DNA of 64,000 bases from Thelocarpon superellum (taxonomy: Eukaryota), in assembly GCA_026025795.1 (NCBI GenBank), contig JAPEUG010000013.1, positions 1 through 64,000 of the forward strand. The letters run 5' to 3'. A model generated the notes under the pieces. That model was not told the DNA's origin. It worked only from the letters and a program-made list of their open reading frames with translations, and made no database searches. Within the stretch, counting starts at the first letter, position 1, and each line of letters begins with the position of its first letter. Made by a program: the position numbers and the translations under genes. Positions 59,992-64,000 of this stretch are shown here, one piece after another.

Positions 59992-61478
59992 CCTGGGCGG
60001 GTGGTGCCCCGAAAGGGTGGATGTGCGCGGCGGGAACGAGCTCGTTCAGCGCAGGCTCAAGGGACTGGGGCGAATGATAGCGAACGACAGAGTCGATGTT
60101 GTTGTCGGGTTGGGTGGGGGCAGGGGCTAGGGTCGGACCCCGAGGAGATTCACAATGAAGCGAATCAACGAGGAAAGCTCTGGCTCAAACGGTCTCGGGG
60201 TGTGTTGCGATGGATTGTTGGGCACGTGAAGGAGGAAAACACGCGCTTGCTGCCTGTCAGGCGTCGTTGGCGTTGGTGTCGGCGAGAGGCGAGCGAGCGA
60301 TGGCGCGGAGGACGTCGGTCCGCTTTGTCTGAACAGAGAGTTCCGTCCTCTGCGACGCGAGAGTGAAGACCACCGCCCCCCAGAGGCTGCGACGGCCGGC
60401 GCTTCGAGCACGCGGTGAATGCTCCGTGTGCCGCGGGGGAGGTGCGGAAGCGCTGCCAACGACTACATGTACAGAGCGCGTAGAGCGGGCGGAATTGGTC
60501 TCGACGTACTGCGGATAGGGCAGATCGGAGGGCGAAATGTGGGACAAGCTGCACGTTGATCGCTGACCAAGTGGCGTGGCCATGTCACATGGAATGGGCT
60601 TCCGCATCTCGTCCTCAGCCCTGGCGCGGACAGACTCAACCACTCGCGGCGAGTGTGACGATACGAACCGTGCACAATAGGCCGTGCGGGTAGAATTTAC
60701 GAATCCAATCGACCCGGGCAGCTCTGCCTTGTGGGAGCGTCGAGACCCCGCCGACACTGCTGTGTTGCCACGACGGATGAAGGTAATGTCTGCCTTACTC
60801 ATGGTTGTCCCTCGTCCGTTGAGTGACCATCGAATGTTTCGGCAGTACGACCAGGGACAAGTGCACAGGCACTCGAGCCTAGAGTCGCTGCCGCGGCGTC
60901 TTCCACGCCTGTCGGTCAAAGAGCGGTATAACGTCGTGTACTTCGACGATTGGTCTTCGAAGAGGTGTCTATCATGCATCTCCCGTTTATGCTAACTAAT
61001 CCACTCCTTCGAATATCTCTCGTGTACGAAGGACTTGCACAAAGGGTTCTCCCCAGTGACGTTGAAGTCCCCGTCGGTTGAAGTTCCCGTCGGGTCCTTC
61101 GAGATCCGCATTGACTGGGGGACCTTCTCGTCTGCCCAGGCCCCAGGCTGCATATGGATAGGCTGACGCACCCCGAAAACTAGACTGGAGACGGGTGGTC
61201 TTTTCTACGGAAGCTATCCGTCGTTCTAATATACAGCTATGGTGGGTCACGTGCGGCGGCTTAGTCAAAAGCCTCGAGCTCCTGTATGGAGCCTCCACAG
61301 TGCTTATCGTCGCAAACGTCACCTAGGGTCAGTACCCGGCCGCACTTGTGACTCGCATCCTGACGGTCTTTTTGGTCCACTGTTGACGAGCTGTGCTGGA
61401 TGCGGCCACGAACAGAGTAGGAACAGGAAGATCGTTCATGGATCCTACACACAGTGTGCAAAGAACCACACATCATCC

Positions 61479-64000
61479 TCACCGAGACATGGTCTGGTCG
61501 TCTTCTATGAGACTGCGGCCCGGGCCAATCTCGGGACTACCACTGTCTAGATCGAAAATCTTATAGTGAAGCCCGTCATTCCCCAACACGCATACCACCC
61601 GTCGGCCTTTCCGTCCGTTGACTTCGAGCCTTATGGGTTGAAAGGCGTCCGGGGAGAAGTTGTGACAGACTATATCGGGCCAGTGGTCGTCAAGGTGTAT
61701 GGTAGGTCGGACGTGCGAAGCACCGGACGCAATGGTCCACGGGGCGTAAGGTAAGCAAGGCGACCGGCCCGATTGGGTCCGGTAAGGGAGGCGTACAAGG
61801 CAGGACCGCACTGAGAGGAGGAGGTCGTCAGAGGACGTATGGACCGTTAGCAAGAATGCTGCTCACCTTGGCTCGTCCATAAAATCATAACCATCTCGTC
61901 GTCGACGAATTTGGCGTCCCGGACCTCGCCGGACCCTAGCGCCATGGCGGCCTGTTCAACGTCATGCGTCGAGCTGACGCCGTTTTGCACCTTGAGTCGC
62001 ACACGAAAGAAAGATACTATTGCGCGTGGTGAGCTTATGGAGTCCGCGGCGGTGTGAGGTAAAGAAAACTTACCTTCGCGCGAAGCATCGCCGCCGCGGA
62101 CCATCATATACGACGTACTGATACCCCCCTGAGCTCCTCATCAGCGACGGATCCTCAAGGGGCTATAGGAGGCGTGTCTACGTACCTCCGAGAGCATCTT
62201 GAGATCCAGAGCATCTTCGGCACCTCCAGGGCCGAGCGGGACCGGTGTGCCGAACAAGACATTACGCTTCTGTGCTTCAGCGATCTGCCGGAACGCGACT
62301 CCGCAGAGGCGATCGAGCGCTCGGCTCAGCAGCGCAAGATCCAGGCTGTTCGACTTCGCCGGCAGATCGGCGCTGAAATGTTTCAAGTTCTCCTTGAAGT
62401 CGGCCGAGGGAAAGCGACCCCGCTCGTCAAAGGTCTGATCGAGATGGTGCTCGTCGAGCTCGTCGAGGGCGGTAGGGGGGAATATCGCACACAGCTTGCT
62501 CTTTGCCATGCCTCCTTGAATGTAATCAAGTATCACGGCGTGCTCGAGAACGGGGTCCTTTTCCGCTGGGTCATCGGCCGATGACGAAGACTCGGCGGCT
62601 TGCGTGTCAATCTCGTGCCGCAGCCAGGCGGAGAATGCAGTAAACTGCCCGAGTTCAACGCTCGTGTGCTTTAGGATGGTATGTGCGAGCAGCGCAAGGC
62701 AATCCAGTAAATCAAACACCCTGTCAAGATCCTGCGTCGAGAGTCCCAGAGCCTCCTGGGAGGCCTGAAATCGGGAGAGGCCCCGTAGACGGCTAAGGAT
62801 TACGCCGCATCGCTCCAAGGCCGGGATGAGATTTTCATGTGTGAGACGACGTAGGTTCTCATAGCATGCCGTGACGGCCTTGTCCCAGCGCTTGTGACCC
62901 TACCATGCTCGCGCACCCGTTAGATTCCGAGTCTTCCGCATCCACTTGACACTGTACCCTACCCGTTCCGAGAGTTCGTCCACCAGCCACCGCTTCAGGG
63001 GCGCAAAACAGTAACCTGTGACCACCAAGTGATAGGCGGCAACGTTGAAGTCGCACTGGCATTCCTCTTGCAGGGCTTCAGTGATGTTTCGGAGAAATTT
63101 CGTCGGCAGATCTTGCCCGCTCTTCCACTCCGCCTGCATCGTCTTGACCACTTGGCCGACATAGCGCAAGATGTTCTGGAGCTGCGTCGACTTGGCTGCC
63201 AAGACGGGGAGATAGGGCCCAGACGTGGCAATGAAGCGCAAGTCGAGGGGTAGAAACAGGAGTCGCGATTCCGCCGTGGTCGGCAGCGGGGCAGCGACCA
63301 GCAGAGCATGTGTGGATGAGTCCGCGTATGAGTCATGCAAGACGGGGATCGCCACTCGCAGCCCTGACGATTTGCCCAGGTCCAAGGTGCCAACGTCGAA
63401 CGTGCCAAAGATGCTCAGGTGGATGGAGCTGTCGTCGAAGCAGGCGACGAGGACGTCCACGGCATTGCTCTCGTCCTTGGAGAGGGGATGGAACATGGAG
63501 TCCAGGGATGCTCTCGAGCTAAAGACGTCTTCACTAAGCACCGCATGATCAGCGATCCACCACGGATGTTTGACTGGACCGATCACTTGTCGCTCCGCAC
63601 TCACTCTCGTCCGCCTGCCGGCAGCAAGCTGAGCTTCGGGAGGCAGCTTTCTACATCGACGAGGGCCAGCTCGCGGGGAAGATCGGGCACAAAGCGAGCC
63701 TCGTCATCTGGACTCTCGCGACCCAGAATCTGATCCAAGGCACGCCGGGACCCATCCACCCTGCCGGCCGTATTCTTGCCTCGCGTGAAATTGACCCCCC
63801 AACCCAGACAGGTCAGCGTGCGGCTGGCGCCAACCGAAGTCTCTACCTGCTGGACGACCTTGCCACTGTCGGCATTGATGAGCCGGACGATATTGTCGCT
63901 CCATCCCGCCGCGAGCAATTGGCCTGGATAATGGGTCAGTCTACTGGGCATCGGGCACGACGCCGGGGCAGAGCATGGTGGTCCAGCTAGCATACCATTT
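61479..64000 (-). CDS. APC4: Anaphase-promoting complex subunit 4 (Apc4/Cut20); 5' end beyond the window
   Basis: WD40 segment GQLLAAGWSDNIVRLI, Apc4 helical segment LQNILRYV..EWKSGQDLPTKFL and LKRWLVDELSER|GHKRWDKAV, and C-terminal LEVNGRKGRRVVCVL. Confidence 0.9.

Noticed and set aside
58001..60130. 709-aa plus-strand ORF (also 23755..25188, 48180..49217, 41540..42481 and 3300..4172)
   Set aside because: These are antisense shadows of strongly GC3-biased real genes (KAP95, DUF1996, STE23 and others) with no recognisable motifs.
1..64000. Two APC/C subunit genes (cut9 and APC4) in one window
   Set aside because: They are more than 60 kb apart with about 20 unrelated genes between; there is no evidence of functional clustering.

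Overview
GC-rich, intron-containing filamentous ascomycete (Pezizomycotina) genomic DNA, mostly core genes. In order: cut9/CDC16 5' end, YJU2, a METTL25-like methyltransferase, TLG1, a small secreted Cys-rich protein, a NAP-family chaperone, RPL4, a Zn2Cys6 transcription factor, DUF1996 and LCCL proteins, an Aro8-like aminotransferase, L-asparaginase, nmrA, an AA11 LPMO, a Pro/Ala-rich unknown, YjbQ, complex I NDUFS6, an MPP6-like protein, STE23/insulysin, a small unknown gene, Xaa-Pro aminopeptidase, KAP95 and APC4. Family calls come from motif recognition by eye and exon boundaries from reading GT/AG and branch sites; no database search was run. The most notable extra signals are: (1) a 726-bp non-autonomous DNA transposon (91-bp TIRs, exact 7-bp TSD, CpG-depleted interior) about 150 bp upstream of cut9; (2) a small unknown gene with three TGASTCA (Gcn4/CpcA-type) sites upstream and a downstream acidic ORF ending in Atg8-interacting-like motifs; (3) a chain of three back-to-back uORFs before the Zn2Cys6 factor; (4) a co-oriented aminotransferase-asparaginase-nmrA nitrogen trio; (5) possible multi-compartment targeting of STE23. 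No CRISPR, rRNA or tRNA was recognised.
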